From assembly GCA_951406725.2 (NCBI GenBank), contig OX597825.1, positions 59,024,001 through 59,088,000 on the forward strand: DNA of 64,000 bases, in the 5' to 3' direction. This stretch comes from Octopus vulgaris (taxonomy: Eukaryota). Positions 12,746-26,994 of the stretch are shown here, one piece after another. Within the stretch, counting starts at the first letter, position 1; each line of letters opens with the position of its first letter. The position numbers were made by a program, and so were the translations under genes. The notes under the pieces were generated by a model, which was given only the letters and a program-made list of their open reading frames with translations, made no database searches and was not told the DNA's origin.

Positions 12746-13505
12746 TGAAGGAGCATCTGTATGGTCACATGATCTGTCACTTATAGCAACCAAACCTTCC
12801 AAACCACACCCTATCATCTTAAACAGAATGATATGGTGGAAAATGTAGTCCTTCATATGCAATATCTAAAAAAATATATGATGAGGTGGTCACAGTTGGA
12901 ATGCCTTTAGTCTTTGTGATGAAGCTGTAAGCCAGACTTAATCAAGAAGACTTATTAAGCAACAACAAATTAATTTTATCAGCATTTGAAAGCACTACAA
13001 ACAATCTTAAGTCACAAAGCAAGGTTATCTGCTAGATTGGCTAAAACAGTAATTATATTAATTTGGAGAAATACAAATAAGGCAAAATTGAAAATATAAA
13101 CAAAGAACCAAGATGCCTGAGACAGTTTTAGGGAATAAGAAATTAGAGGATGTCAGGGTTTTGAATTCTTGCCATTCCACAGAACATATGCTATGTAAAT
13201 GAAATAAACTAGATTTGGTTAAGAATTAAAAAAAACAACAAAAAACATTGGTTTACTCAAGAACAACAACAATCGAAAAGGAACAATTGACAATGCCTTG
13301 AAATAATCTCATCATCTTCATAGTTGTCATCATGGCTGTTGTAGTAGTAGTAATAATAATGTTAATAGTAATAATTAGTGGTAGTAATAGCAACAGCAAT
13401 AGCCAAGTATTCTTTTACATTTGTAACAGTTTGTATGGTTGAAAAAAATGAGAAAAAAAAAGGGTATTACAAAATGAAAATTGCAATCTATCCTTTGACT
13501 GTACA

Positions 13506-13604
<99 letters not shown>

Positions 13605-13692
13605 TTAGAAAACAAAGCTTTAATGGATACAAATTAATTAATCAACATATTTGGAGAAATGAAATAATTGTTGGCTAATATGTTGATTGATT

Positions 13693-13927
13693 CATCATCA
13701 TCGTTTAACGTCCGTTTTCTGCGCTAGCACGGGTTGGACGGTTTCGACCAGGGTCTGGGGAGCTCGGGACTGCCCCAGGCTCCAGTCTAGTCTGGCAGTG
13801 TTTCTACAGCTGGATGCCCTTCCTAACGCCAACCACTCCGCGAGTGTAGTGGGTGTTTTTTACGTGCCACCTGCACAGGTGCCAGAGGGGTCTGGCATCG
13901 GCCACGTTCGGATGGTGCTTTTTATGT
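13693..13927 (-). mobile_element. RTE LINE 3' UTR fragment
   Basis: Family sequence with (GAT)n tail. Confidence 0.75.
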
Positions 13928-14730
13928 GGGGGGGGGGGGCAGAAATATAGGGGAGCACCAGTGGGGAGGGGTGAAATGAATTTTTATTCATTAGGTCACT
14001 GTTTTCTAACTCAATAATAATGTCTGATATCTTACGATATTCTCTATAATATATTCGTTTAAGGATTATCTCTTCAAAATTTTATATATTAAACCAGTGT
14101 ATCTTGGATAAATATCCTTATAAGAGGTTTGAATATCCTCATTGTGACAATATATATATTTATCAATGTTTGTTTTTATGTAAAGTTACAAAAACAATCT
14201 AACATTAAACTGATGGGTCACTCAACACCTTTTAGCCAAAACTTTAAAATTGCTGTCAACCTTTCCTTTGTATAAATTAATGCAGCCCCACTCCTGTTGA
14301 ATAACCAAATGCAAGTAAACTTGGCGAGTATGGAAAATATTCATATAATATTATTATGCATTGTACAATGGTCACACATAAACATCATTCTACCATACAG
14401 ATAATTTAAAGCATGCTATGCTACAAAGCACTAACTTTTGTCCTTTGATAAGTGCCATGCCCTCGTGTCACTTGCGTAAATTTTGTAGACAGAAAATAAT
14501 AAATACAGAGCATAACTACACAAGTATAGGCATGCTGACTTTATTTTCTCATATCTGTCAGAGAAATGGATATTTTTTAATGAAATTTATAAAAAATACT
14601 ATTCAGAAGGTGTAGATTTTGATTATACCAGAACTCGTTGTGAAGAATTTTGTTGGAGAGAGAGACAGGAGTTTCACATAATTCACACAAGTTGACTGTT
14701 TCCTCATACCTTTCTGAAAAATGCTCTGTT

Positions 14731-15115
14731 ACTCTATTACTTGTTTCAGTCATTTGACTGTGGCCATGCTGGAGCACCGCCTTTAGTTGAGCAAATCGAC
14801 CCCAGAACTTATTCTTTGTAAGCCTAGTACTTACTCTATCAGTCTCTTTTGCCGAACCGCTAAGTTACAAGGATGTAAACACACCAGCATCGGTTGTCAA
14901 GCGATGTTGGGGGGACAAACACAGACACACAAACATATACACACACATACATTTATATATATATACGACAGGCTTCTTTCAGTTTCCATCTACCAAATCC
15001 ACTCACAAGGCTTTGGTTGGCTCAAGGCTATAGTAGAAGACACTTGCCCAACGTGCCATGCAGTAGGACTGAACCCGGAACCATGTGGTTCGTAAGCAAG
15101 CTACTTACCACACAG
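14731..15115 (-). mobile_element. SINE family B
   Basis: Near-identical to 8864-9299. Confidence 0.85.
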
Positions 15116-15542
15116 TTTTTAATGAAATTTATTAAAAATACCATTCAGATGGTGTAGATTACAATTATATCAGAATTCAATGTGAAAAGAAAAAAAGATT
15201 GGTGCTGTGCTCACATACACATATTACACTATTTTCAAAATTTCAAGTTTCATTTTTAGCTGTATATGTAATGTATGTCAGTATGTTTGTGCGTATACCC
15301 ACTAATTTTTTACTTTTTCACACCAAGCTCTGACATAATTATATTATATACCATCTGTAAAATATCTGTTGAAAATTTCACTAAAAAATACCCATTTTCT
15401 GAAAGCTATGAGGAAACAAAATCAAGTGGGGGCACACTTGTGTAGGTATGCCAAATACAGGTCTATTAATCTTGCTTGTTTTATCTACCAAACCTGCTGC
15501 TTATCACATATGAATTTGTGAGTTCTTTATATTCACATATAT

Positions 15543-15686
15543 GGGCATGAGCATGGCTGTGTGGTAAGAAGTTTGCTTCCCAACCACATGGTTCTGGGTT
15601 CAATCCCACTGTATGGTACAGTGGGCTGACCAAAGCCTTGTGAGCAGATTTGGTAAACGGAAACTGAAAGAAGCTCATTGTGTGTA

Positions 15687-15730
<44 letters not shown>

Positions 15731-15921
15731 TGTTTGTCCTGCATCACAACCAGCGTTGGTGTGTTTATGTCCTCGTAACTGAGTGATTCAGCAAAAGCGA
15801 CTGATAGATTAAGTACTAGGCTTAAGAAAAAACTACTGGGGTTGATTCACTCGACTAGAAATTCTTGAAAGCAGTGCCCCAGCATGGCCACAGTCTAATG
15901 ACTGAAACAAATAAAAGATAA
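15543..15921 (+). mobile_element. SINE family B (diverged)
   Basis: Head ggctgtgtggtaag and tail gactgaaacaaataaaag. Confidence 0.8.
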
Positions 15922-16026
15922 GCTATACAATTTTCTATGAGAGCTACGTAGCACACCTACCAACTATTAATATTTAGAGTGGAATGGAGATTAGAATCTG
16001 TGATATGTGTGTGTGTGTGTGTGTAT

Positions 16027-16815
16027 AGCTGAGAAAGCATATGATAAAACAAAGAATGAGGATTTCATGCATCTCTCTCTACATATGAAGAATTTGTAGG
16101 CAGACAATGAAGAACTGATGCTAAAGCTATGAAATCTTGCATGCATAAATTTCAACTCCCCTTATAAATAACTGCATTGTTTCTTTCCAGATAAACTGAC
16201 ACTTGATTGTTCAAAGAATACTTCAAAAGTAACTGATAACAACTTCTCTTGAAAATGGGCAAAATTTGACGTTATGGTGTTATGAAGTACTGCAGAAAAA
16301 GGGTTTAACTTCCAAGGACATTCATGCTGACATGGTTGCTACATTAGGAGATGACACACAGCTTTATCAACAACGCAAAAGAGGGCAGCTGAATTTAGTA
16401 GGGGAATGGAGAGTTGTTCACCACATGGTGATGGATGACAAGTGGCCCAGGAAAACTGACAAAAGGTGTCTTACTTCATCAGGATAATGCTCCAGCATAC
16501 AAATCCTTGCTTTCCATGACTGTGGCTTTGAACTGGCTGATTACCCTCCCTATTCTATTTTGGGCCCATTTGGTCATCTGTTTCCCAACACTTGGCTAAG
16601 AACTAGTATTGCAGTGATGACGACTTAATATCTGCTGTTTATGACTTTTTTGACCAACAGGAAGAAAGCTCCTTCACCAATGGGCTCCAAGCACTGCAGC
16701 ATCAATGGAAGATATGTGTGGACCGCAAGGAAGAGTATGTTGAAAAATAAATCTGATTTGGCCACGTCTCTTGAGAGAATCATGGTTAGCCTATGAACTT
16801 TTCAGCTGACCCTTG
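16027..16815 (+). mobile_element. Internally deleted mariner element
   Basis: KKGLTSKDIHADMVATLGDD (HTH), LLHQDNAPA, and C-terminal GLQALQHQWKICVDRKEEYVEK*. Right TIR atgaacttttcagctgacccttg-TA. Confidence 0.8.
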
Positions 16816-19800
16816 TATATCTATGTCTATCTATCTAGACACACACGAATGTCGAGGGGAGAGAAAAAAAGAGAAATAGACTAATTCATAGCAAGCAAAC
16901 TAATAAAGATTAGAAGAGATAGTGAAGATAAACATGAGAAGGAGTTTCAACTATCTTAAAATAACCAATAAAAGTTAGATTCTCAACATAATGTCAGAAA
17001 GATACCAAAGAAAATAGTAATGAAGCAAACAAGAAATGGTCTGTGCCAACAAGAATTAGTTCAGAGGAGAGTTTTCAGAAAGAGTCTCCACAAACATTCC
17101 TATAGGAGGGTTAATTCTGTTAGTGGGTGGATCAATATATGATCAGGTCAACATATAAATCAACCAATCAATAGAATTAATCTATACGCAATTAGTTCTT
17201 TGTATAGATTAGTTGATCTGTGATTGAGTTTTGGTTTGTTTTGTGTTTTGTCTCCTTTTTCCATGCTTCCATGGGTTGGACAAAAGTTCATGTAGTATTC
17301 TACAGCTGGATGAACTTCTTGGTGCCAATTCTGATGGGTTTCCAAGCAAGGTCCTTATTCCACAGGTCTTCACCAAGCTGCTGGACATGTTGGTTATGCA
17401 GAACACAAACGATATTACCTTAGTCCAAGCAAGACAAGCAGAGACAATTGCACATGCACACATACACGCACACGTGCACTCACACACACACTACAGGCTT
17501 CTGTACAGTTTTTATCTTCCAAATTTCACTGTGCAGCACCAAGTGTTTCTACCAAAGCCTTGGCTTGACTAAGACCATGGAAAACAAAAAATTTTTGACC
17601 AAAGCGGCATATAATCCCATTGTATGCCAGCTTCTCAAGTACAGGGCTATAGCTGCTCCTACAACAAGAGGCAATGAAAATAAAAGACATATTTGAGATA
17701 TTAGGGAATATCTGTATTTTCCTCCTATCTGATAAGTTTGTTGAAACTATAAAAATATATCTAGAGAATTCTGAAAAATAATTGAAAAATAATTAGAAAT
17801 TGAAAAGACAAAGAAAATAAAAAGAGCAAAACAACTTTAAATTTGAATGAAAGGAAAAATTTTTAAATATTAAATATCCCAGCATGGCCACCACCAATTA
17901 GCTACAACCAGTAAAAGTGTGTAAAAGAAATATTTTCTTCATTCTTTTCTCTCAAAGCATGAAGCAACCATTTCTATGATCCATCGGAGTAAAATAAGAA
18001 CAATGTGTAGGCGAATGAGTTAAGATCAGAATATTAATTATAGTTAAGATGCCAAAACAAAGAGGTGTCCATGGTTGCTTGTCTAGCAACAAACAGCAGC
18101 CAGAGCTCCTTTCAACTTAGAAACAGAAATTCACATCAGCTAATTTTGTCTTAAAATTGCAATACAAGAAAAACTGTAAAGTTGTCACAGATGGAATGTC
18201 TTCAGTCATAGGTCAGCTCTGTCAGAGAACACTTGAAGTTCAACAACAACTGGTATTTACATTGCTCATGGAAATGGTTAATTAAAGTAAACCTCAATGA
18301 GCCATACTCAGAATATAGGAAGACATTGCAAATTCTCTACAAGAGTGGGCACTAAACTAATAATATGAAAGGGCCAAGTTAAGGAGCCAAACTTGAAGAA
18401 GGTCCTGTTTCCATTTTTCAAATTGATCTCTGCCAGTTTCATTAGTTTGGATGAAAAGATGGAAGATATTTATAGTATTTGTCAATAATAGCAGCTTCTA
18501 GCAGAAATTTTGAAATAAAAAATTAAATTTTGAAGAATACAAGTGTAAATTTTTACACAAGGGCTGTAGGTTTGGAATCACTGGTGGAAAACTTTTAACC
18601 TGGCATTGTACCATTTCTGTAAAATTACTGTCAGAAATGCATAAATTAAAATTGTTTCAATTAATTGCTTACAATAATTGTTTCAAGAAATTTAACCTTT
18701 TTGTGACCATATTTTTAACAAGAATACATTCTGCTTTGAAGAAATTCAACCCTTTTGTGATGATATTTCTTATAAAAATATATTCTGTATCTGTGCTTTC
18801 TTCAAGCCCTGCAACTGAGATACATTTGACCATGTTACACCAAGAATCTCTGTTTCTTCTTAGCTTTTGTAGATTCTCAATTCAATGTTGTGTGCATCTG
18901 CCAATACTATCAACATAGCTGGGTGGTCTTTGCCATTTATTAAGATGAAAAAAAGTCTCCAAAATATAACATATGATGCCCAGTACAATAGCAGTGGTTA
19001 GGCAAGTCTACTCTATATTGAGCAACAGTAATAGACATGGGTAGAATGGGCTCATAAATCTCCTCTTAGGTCTTGTGCTCGAGATATCTGACATACATAC
19101 CATCAAAGCGATCTTGAAGCTTTTTCTTAGTCTAGGTTTCAGCTCCGTAGAAAGGAATGCCAGCCTTGATGACTTTGAAATGCTTGACTACCAGATACTG
19201 TGAAGCTTTCTACAGGCATTCCAAAGCTTTAATCTTTGAATTTTAAATTTATAATAATGTAATAAAAATTATGGGATGTTTAATGAAATAACTAACTTAA
19301 CATAAGATAAACTTCTTTACACATTGAAATCTTATGTAATAAGATATAATTATTATATCTTATATTATCTGTCATATAATAAGATATTTTAATCAAAGAT
19401 ATGAGTTTAAATTTCACATTACTAAAGGTGATTTCCAGTTGGTTAATGTTGATCAAGTAAAAGACAATGGAAACCAGATATAAATATGATAGTATTTGAC
19501 ATTTACTCTTGTACAATAGTGAACAACAGTTTATTGCATATACAGTGAAGTATATGTCAACCCTTTGTGTTGAAATAAATATGGTAAAGGAGATAAAGAG
19601 AAGGGCGAGAAAGAGGAAAGATAGATACACAGAGAGAAGGGGTGCAGTTCACTGTAATATGGGTACAACAGATATTGTATAACTGAGTGCAAGGCTGAGA
19701 TCAAAGAATCCAGTCAACACCACCAATGGTAGTGTTGACACAGAGCATGCAGAAAGAAAAAGATGCTACAACAACAATAACAATATTAACAGCAATAATT

Positions 19801-21663
19801 TTAAATAATAACACAGGTCTGAGTTTTAGTCCCTTAAGCTACTTTAGTGACCATGACCATCCACCATGAATGGGAACAATCACTTACCAATAGTCCTCAA
19901 ACATGCCATTGTTCAGTGTTACTTGGCCTGTTACTTGGAAGGCCACTGCTTAAACCAGAAAATTATACACCACTACATATGCCAGCATCTAGTTATGTAC
20001 TATGTCTCCAATTGTCTCAATTCCATAAGACCTACGAAACCCATAATCCTAAACTCCAGTCTAAGTGCTTCTTCTCAAGAAATCTTAAACCATCTTCAAT
20101 CACAAAGAATTGTTACATGACAAGAGGGAATAACATATAATATATAACCGGAGTTTCTTATAAGGGAAAGCTTGAGAAGATTGAAAAAGGGAAAGACGAT
20201 TTTCCTAGCTCCAATCCAAATGCTTCTTCCGCAAAAATCTTTAGTAAAATTTCTCACAAGAGAGGGCTTGGAAGGATTGAAGAACTGGGGGTGGGGGATA
20301 TACGTAATGTCATGTTTCAAAGGGAAAAAATATTTAGACGGTTTCCAATTTTTTAATCCTTTATCATTCACATTACTCTGTCAAATGTTATACTTGCTAA
20401 TTCACATGGTTTCGAAATAATCATAATAATCTTGTACCTTTAAGACTTCAATAGGGCTTGTTTAGTTTTAGAATGACATTGGAGGGTAGGAGTAAGAGGC
20501 TGAATCTAGCCAGTTTGAACATAAAACAGCCGGGATATTTGACCCAGATATGGCTGATTTAAACACTAAAGAATTAAACTTGTCCAAAACCAAGGTGAAG
20601 AAAAATGAATTATATAGTAACAAACAATATTTTATCACTTTATTAATAATGAGAGGGGGGCAAGAAAGTTATAGAGAATTTCATTGTTTTTTTCTTTCTG
20701 TGGGATCTAGAATTTGTCAGCTAGAGACCACCAGTAGTAAAGCTAAAATTTGTCATAACAGCACTATGATAAACTTAATCAGTGTACAAGCCAATAAGGG
20801 CATTTCTATCCTCATTTGACTTGTTAAAAATAAGAACCAACTCAATCTTACATAACACACAACCTACTGTCTTAAATAAAAGATGAAGTACACATTGGAT
20901 AATGTAGTTCTAGAAACACCTAAGTCTGAAAGAGAAAAAATAAAAAAGATCAAATGGTCATGGTTGGAATACCTTGGATCATAGGTATACAAGATCAACT
21001 CACACTGTCACAGCATTTGATAAGAAGAAGAAAGTTAGCCAGTGTATACACATGTATGTACACAAATACACACATGTATGTTATATATACATATAAGTAT
21101 ATATGTGTGGTGTATGTGTGTGTTTATATGAGTAGCGTGTACGACATTGTTAATGCAGGCATGTTTTGTTTGGTAGCTTTTTATCTGCATTCCATGCTGG
21201 TGTTGGTTGGATGTCTCCATTTTAGTGCATTTACTTTGACTGGTTGCCTCCCCTAATACCAATCACTTTATAGAATGTACAGGGTTCATTTATCATGGCA
21301 CCAACGTGAGTGAGGTTGCCTTGTCACTTGCAAAACAAAAAAGATCCTTCAACCAAGAGGGAAAATAGGAAATAGGGTAGTTGATTTATGTTGGGGACAA
21401 ATTTATTCTTGTGGAAGAAATTACTATCTATCTATCTATTTATCTATATTGATTTTAATTTTTGGCACTAGGCCAGCAACTTTGGGGAAAGGAGTAAGTT
21501 GATTACATTGACCTCAGTACTCAACTGTACTTATTTTATTGGCCTCAAAAGGATGAAAAACAAAGTTGACCTTGGTGGAATTTGAACTCAGAATGTAAAG
21601 CTGGTCGAAATGTTACTAACCATTTTTCCTGGTGTGCTAACAATTCTGCCAATTCACCTTATA

Positions 21664-21707
<44 letters not shown>

Positions 21708-21827
21708 ATAGTGCTTTTACACATTTTACCATACAAACACATACACACTCAAACATATATACATACAGACTTATCTATGGTCATATGAAGTTTAATGATG
21801 GTGTGAAAGCCAGACCTTTGAATTCAC

Positions 21828-21870
<43 letters not shown>

Positions 21871-21871
<1 letters not shown>

Positions 21872-22142
21872 GATGCACATGGCCCAGTGGTTAGAGCAGC
21901 GGACTTGTGGGTTCGAATCTCAGACTGGGCGATGTGTGTGTTTATGAGCAAAACACCTAAGCTCTACGTGGCTCCAGCAGAAGGTAATGGTGAACTTCTG
22001 CTGACTCTTTTGCCACAACTTTCCCTCACTCTTTCCTCCTGCATCCTGCATCTTGCAGCTCACCTGCGATGGACCGCAGGTGGGGAACCTATATGCCAAG
22101 GAAACCTGCCCTAATGAGCCAGGTGTGACTCAAGAAGGAACA

Positions 22143-22150
<8 letters not shown>
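21871..22150 (+). mobile_element. tRNA-derived SINE (third type); related heads at 5538, 23899-24227 and 49070-49168 (minus strand)
   Basis: A box tggcccagtggttaga, B box ggttcgaatc, then tgagcaaaacac core. Confidence 0.7.
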
Positions 22151-22205
<55 letters not shown>

Positions 22206-22613
22206 AAATCTACTTAAAGTAGTTCATCGAATTGAGGTAATCTGAAGGGAACAAAGAATCAGAGATTCTGAAAAATGTCCACAGAGAATGTTTATGTTTC
22301 AGATTTGTGATTCTAAGCTGAGTTTAATGATTCTTTCTGAAATTGCTAAAAAGAAAGTGACAAACGCTTCAACTGAAACAAGATTGGTAATTAAAAAACT
22401 ATTGAAAATAACCAAATGCCAACAAAAAAGACAGAAGATGAAGAATAAAACACAACAAACAGAAAAGTAAAGAAAGAAAACAAGAGGCAGTTCCAGAGTT
22501 GTAGAATACGTGAGTCTGGTAGGTTTATTCCCAGTACAACACATTGTAAAGAAGACATTTGTCTTCATTGTTTAGAAACAGTGTACAACATTGAGCATAC
22601 ATTATACAAAGAA

Positions 22614-22683
<70 letters not shown>

Positions 22684-24224
22684 GGAGAGAGAAAGATAGA
22701 AGAACAGATTGTAGAGGCATGCACAGCTTAACTTAAAATCTAAAGGTTCTTAGTTCAATTGATGCATGCAACACTAACAATAGCAACAACAGATAATAAA
22801 TACAAAATAATAATGATAACAACAACAACAATAATAATAACAATAATAATAATAATAATTAATTTGTTTACTGTTTCCAATCTACAAGGTTTGTTTTTGT
22901 GTATATATTTTCTCTTTGTTTATGACATGTGAAACAAGACTAACAGATGTAATTTATATGTTTTTCATATTTGTTCTCAATGAAATCTTTAAAAATAAAA
23001 CAAAAATTAAATAAAAATTATTGTATTTGATTTTTTTGCCCGTAATTTGTAAGTTTTGATGCTGAAATGGGTGTGTGGGAGAATAGGGAGGAGAAGGGGG
23101 CGAAAATTAAGGCAAAGTAAATTCAGGAAGAATCAGGCATTGTATAATAGGACGGAGAGAATTTATTGATTAAGAACTTTTGACCATGATTTTATAAATA
23201 AAAACTTCTTGAATAAGAAATTTTCAATAGATTTTTGTCTACGAGATTATTATTAAAAAAGATTTTTGACTAAAAGTTCCCAAATAAAGTCTTATGCCAG
23301 TTAAATAATAGTTTCAAATATGAAAGAATTCGAAACAAAAACAATTCTCTAAAATGTTAAATAACTTTTATTTTACTATTTTCGAGATGTATTTGTCTAA
23401 CAAGGGATTTGATCCGAAATAGTGTGTTGAAACACATGGAAGACATTAACCAATCAAAAACACACAAAAACTGTGAACTTCACTTAAACATTTATTATTC
23501 AATATAGAAATATTCCAACATTACTGTTACACTTTCACTATAGCGGAACTGTGTGAGTGACCAGGTCACAGTTGGTGCAACAAGAATTTTGATACCAAAT
23601 AATAAATGTGAAGTTTTGTGTGCTTGAAATGCATATATATATATATATATATATATATACAGTTCACATTGAATTTAGCCTATTTTGGATTGCCTTGATA
23701 ATGTTGTTTTAGCCTATATTTTCTGATATATTAATTCCACTGGTCTTTTATACTGTTTTCTGTAACTAAATAAGCTGGCACAATAGACACACTCATTGGT
23801 AATGCATTGAATGAGCTAAGCACCAATTAAAGAGGTGATTTTTCTCCAACCTTAGTCTTGTTGTATTGTATTGTGTGTGTATATATATACATATATGTGA
23901 AGGCACATGGGTCAGTGGTTAGAGTGTTGGGCTCACAATCATGAGGTAGTGAGTTCAATTCCCAGATGGGGCAGTGTGTTGTGTTACTGAGCAAGACACT
24001 TTATTTCATGTTGCTCCAATTCACTCAGCTGTGGAAATGAGTTGTGACATCGCTGGTGCCAAGTTGTATTGGCCTTTCCCTTGGACAACACCGGTGGTGT
24101 GGAGAGGCGAGGCTGATATGCATGGGCGACTGTTGGTCTTCCACAAAACAACTTTGCCTGGACTTGTGCCTGGGAGGGTAACTTTCTAGGTGCAATTCCA
24201 TGGTCATTTATGTCTGAAGGGGGT

Positions 24225-24258
<34 letters not shown>

Positions 24259-26994
24259 CATCTTCCACACTGTAGATGCTTTATTTAACTACTTTACGAA
24301 ATAAAAGTTTCTATTTTATAACTGAAATTTTTTTTTAAATGTCTGTCAAATTTCTACAATAAACCATTAACCCTTTAGCATTCAGATTCTTCTGTTAAAT
24401 GTCATAATTATTTATTCATGTTGTTTTGAATTAATCATACATTATCATGTAGCTTTCAGCATTTGATAAAGTGATTGGATATTTTTAGAATGACAATGTT
24501 GGGTAAGTGGGAGAGACTGGATCAGGTCAGTTTGAACACAAAACATGTAGACTATTTGGGCTAGATATAGTTGGTTTAACTACTGAAAGGTTAAATGTAA
24601 AATTGTGATACATAGAAAACTACTCCCATCAAAAAAAATATCCATTACAATATTTAAAAGTTCTAGACACATCCACTATAATTGTTATTGAAATTTTGTT
24701 TGTCTACAATGTTTTAAGGCAGGGGTAAAAAAAACCCACAATTGATATTCTTGAAGGTTTTTAAACTAATCAGAAAAGTTTTGTTTCATTTAATTCAAGA
24801 CAAAACAAAACTAGCTTATGCAAACATAAATCACAAACTTTTGAAGAAATGAAAGAACTTTTTTTGCGATCAATCAGCCTCATCTGATCCATGTAGGAAA
24901 CAAATATTCTGCAGTTAATTATTCCCTACCATCTTCAGAAGAGGAATCATATAAAGTCTACGAGAGGACTATTAGAAGATCATTCGATTAGTTCCAAGAA
25001 CAAGAAAGACAGAATGTTTTCATGAATGAATTCTTGCCCAGAAAATTTGCTACAGACAATGATAATGACAAGCATTAATAAATTCTTGCAAGAATATCAT
25101 TATGAATTACTGGACAAGCAGAACTGACTAAAAGCAGCAATAACACGTACACACACACACACATATATAAATTTAGATTCACATACACATGCCTACACAC
25201 ACACACACTGTGTAATTAAGAAGTTTGCATTGCAATTGTGTGGCTTTGGATAAAATTCTGTTAGACAACATCAGTTGCCTTATACTGTAGCCATAGGCTG
25301 AACAATGCCTTATGAGAGAAACTGCCAGGCAGAAACTGTATGGAGGTCCATCATATGTGTATACACGCAGGATAAAAGGAACTTAGAAAATGAATATATG
25401 TGTGTATATTATATATATATATATAAGAATTTTTTGCGTAATAAGATAAAAAACCAAGGCTGTATAGATATTAGAGCATTTATAGATAGCTGTAAGACCT
25501 ATCTATAAATGCTCTAATATCGGTACAGCCTTGGTTTTTTTTTTATCTTATGCAAAAAATTCTTATATACACATGCTGACATAGAACCAGCATTGAATCA
25601 TTTATTCGCAATATTACCGAATCTGGAACTTAACTATGGTCTGTCTATAGCACTAATTCAGCATTATCTGACACCTTTGGGTCTCAATGACACCATTATC
25701 TCTTTATATATATATATAATCTAATAAACACAATATATATTTTTATGAGCTACTATAAGTTTCATGTGATGAAAACATCTCAAGCATTTTTTAACATGTC
25801 TGGTGCCTTTGTGCAATCCTCAGGCTGATTGCACTAGATGTGTTAAAAAATGCTGTCTGAGATATTTTCCTCAGATGAAACTATTAGTAGCTCATAAAAA
25901 TATATATTGTGTTTGGTAAATAATATTTATCTCTTACCAGATAGAGTACTTTATTTGTTGATCTTACCATCACGTTATAAATTTTTAGAAATTACTGACT
26001 GAAGGACCAAGAGTTTTATGCTTAATAAGTATCATTTATGAAATTCTCAGCTCTTGAGGCTTGAGTCACTTCATAACTGCTGCTGATTAAGAAGCAAATA
26101 TGCCTGTTGATATATGTGCGTGTTTATATATATGTTCACATTTCCATATACATACATACATAACATGCACACACAGACCACCATCATTATCATCATCCTC
26201 ATCATTCACCATCATTCAATGTCCATTTTCCATGCTGGGACAAACACATGGATATATGTATATGCAAGGACATGTATTCGTGCCTTTGATCATGCCCCAT
26301 AACTTAGTGAATTGCCTACAGAAATTAACAAGTACAACTGTTATGTTTAAAGAAAACACTTCAATGAAGTGCTCCAGTATGGCCCTAGTCTTACGCTGCA
26401 ATGACTGAGAAAAGTAAGAGTGAAACAAATACACACACACACATATACATGCATATATACTTTTAAGGAACAGTGAAACTTAAAGTGGTTTCAAATTCTA
26501 GCACAAGGCCAGCAATTTCGAGAGAGGGGGGGTATCGATTACACCAAATTTCGCTCACAAGACATTGGTTAACTCGAAGCTACAGGACAGGTCCTAATTG
26601 TCCAAAATGCCAAGCAGAGAGATCAGAGGATGAGCTTGAGGTAAAATGAACTTCTTAATCATACAACCTTACTTTTATGTGTGTGTGTTTATGTGTGTGT
26701 ATATATACATATATATATATATATATTTGTATATATATGTATGTGTGTATATATATATGCATATATACACATACATGTACATATATATACATATATATAT
26801 ATACATGTACATATATATGTATATATGTATGTGTTTATATATATGGGATCAGGCCATAGAAATCAAGCCATGTATATATATATATGTGTGTATATGTATG
26901 TACGTGTATATATATGTGTGTGTGTGCATATATATATGTATAGATATATATACATACACACACACACACACATATATATATACATACATACATA

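Noticed and set aside
20096-20420. Overlapping short ORFs on both strands
   Set aside because: No recognisable domain; the ORFs run into a MITE.
21871-21930. tRNA gene
   Set aside because: A/B boxes belong to a SINE head; no complete cloverleaf.
24896-25078. Frame interrupted by a single TAG that A-to-I editing could recode
   Set aside because: No recognisable homology or splice support; expected by chance.
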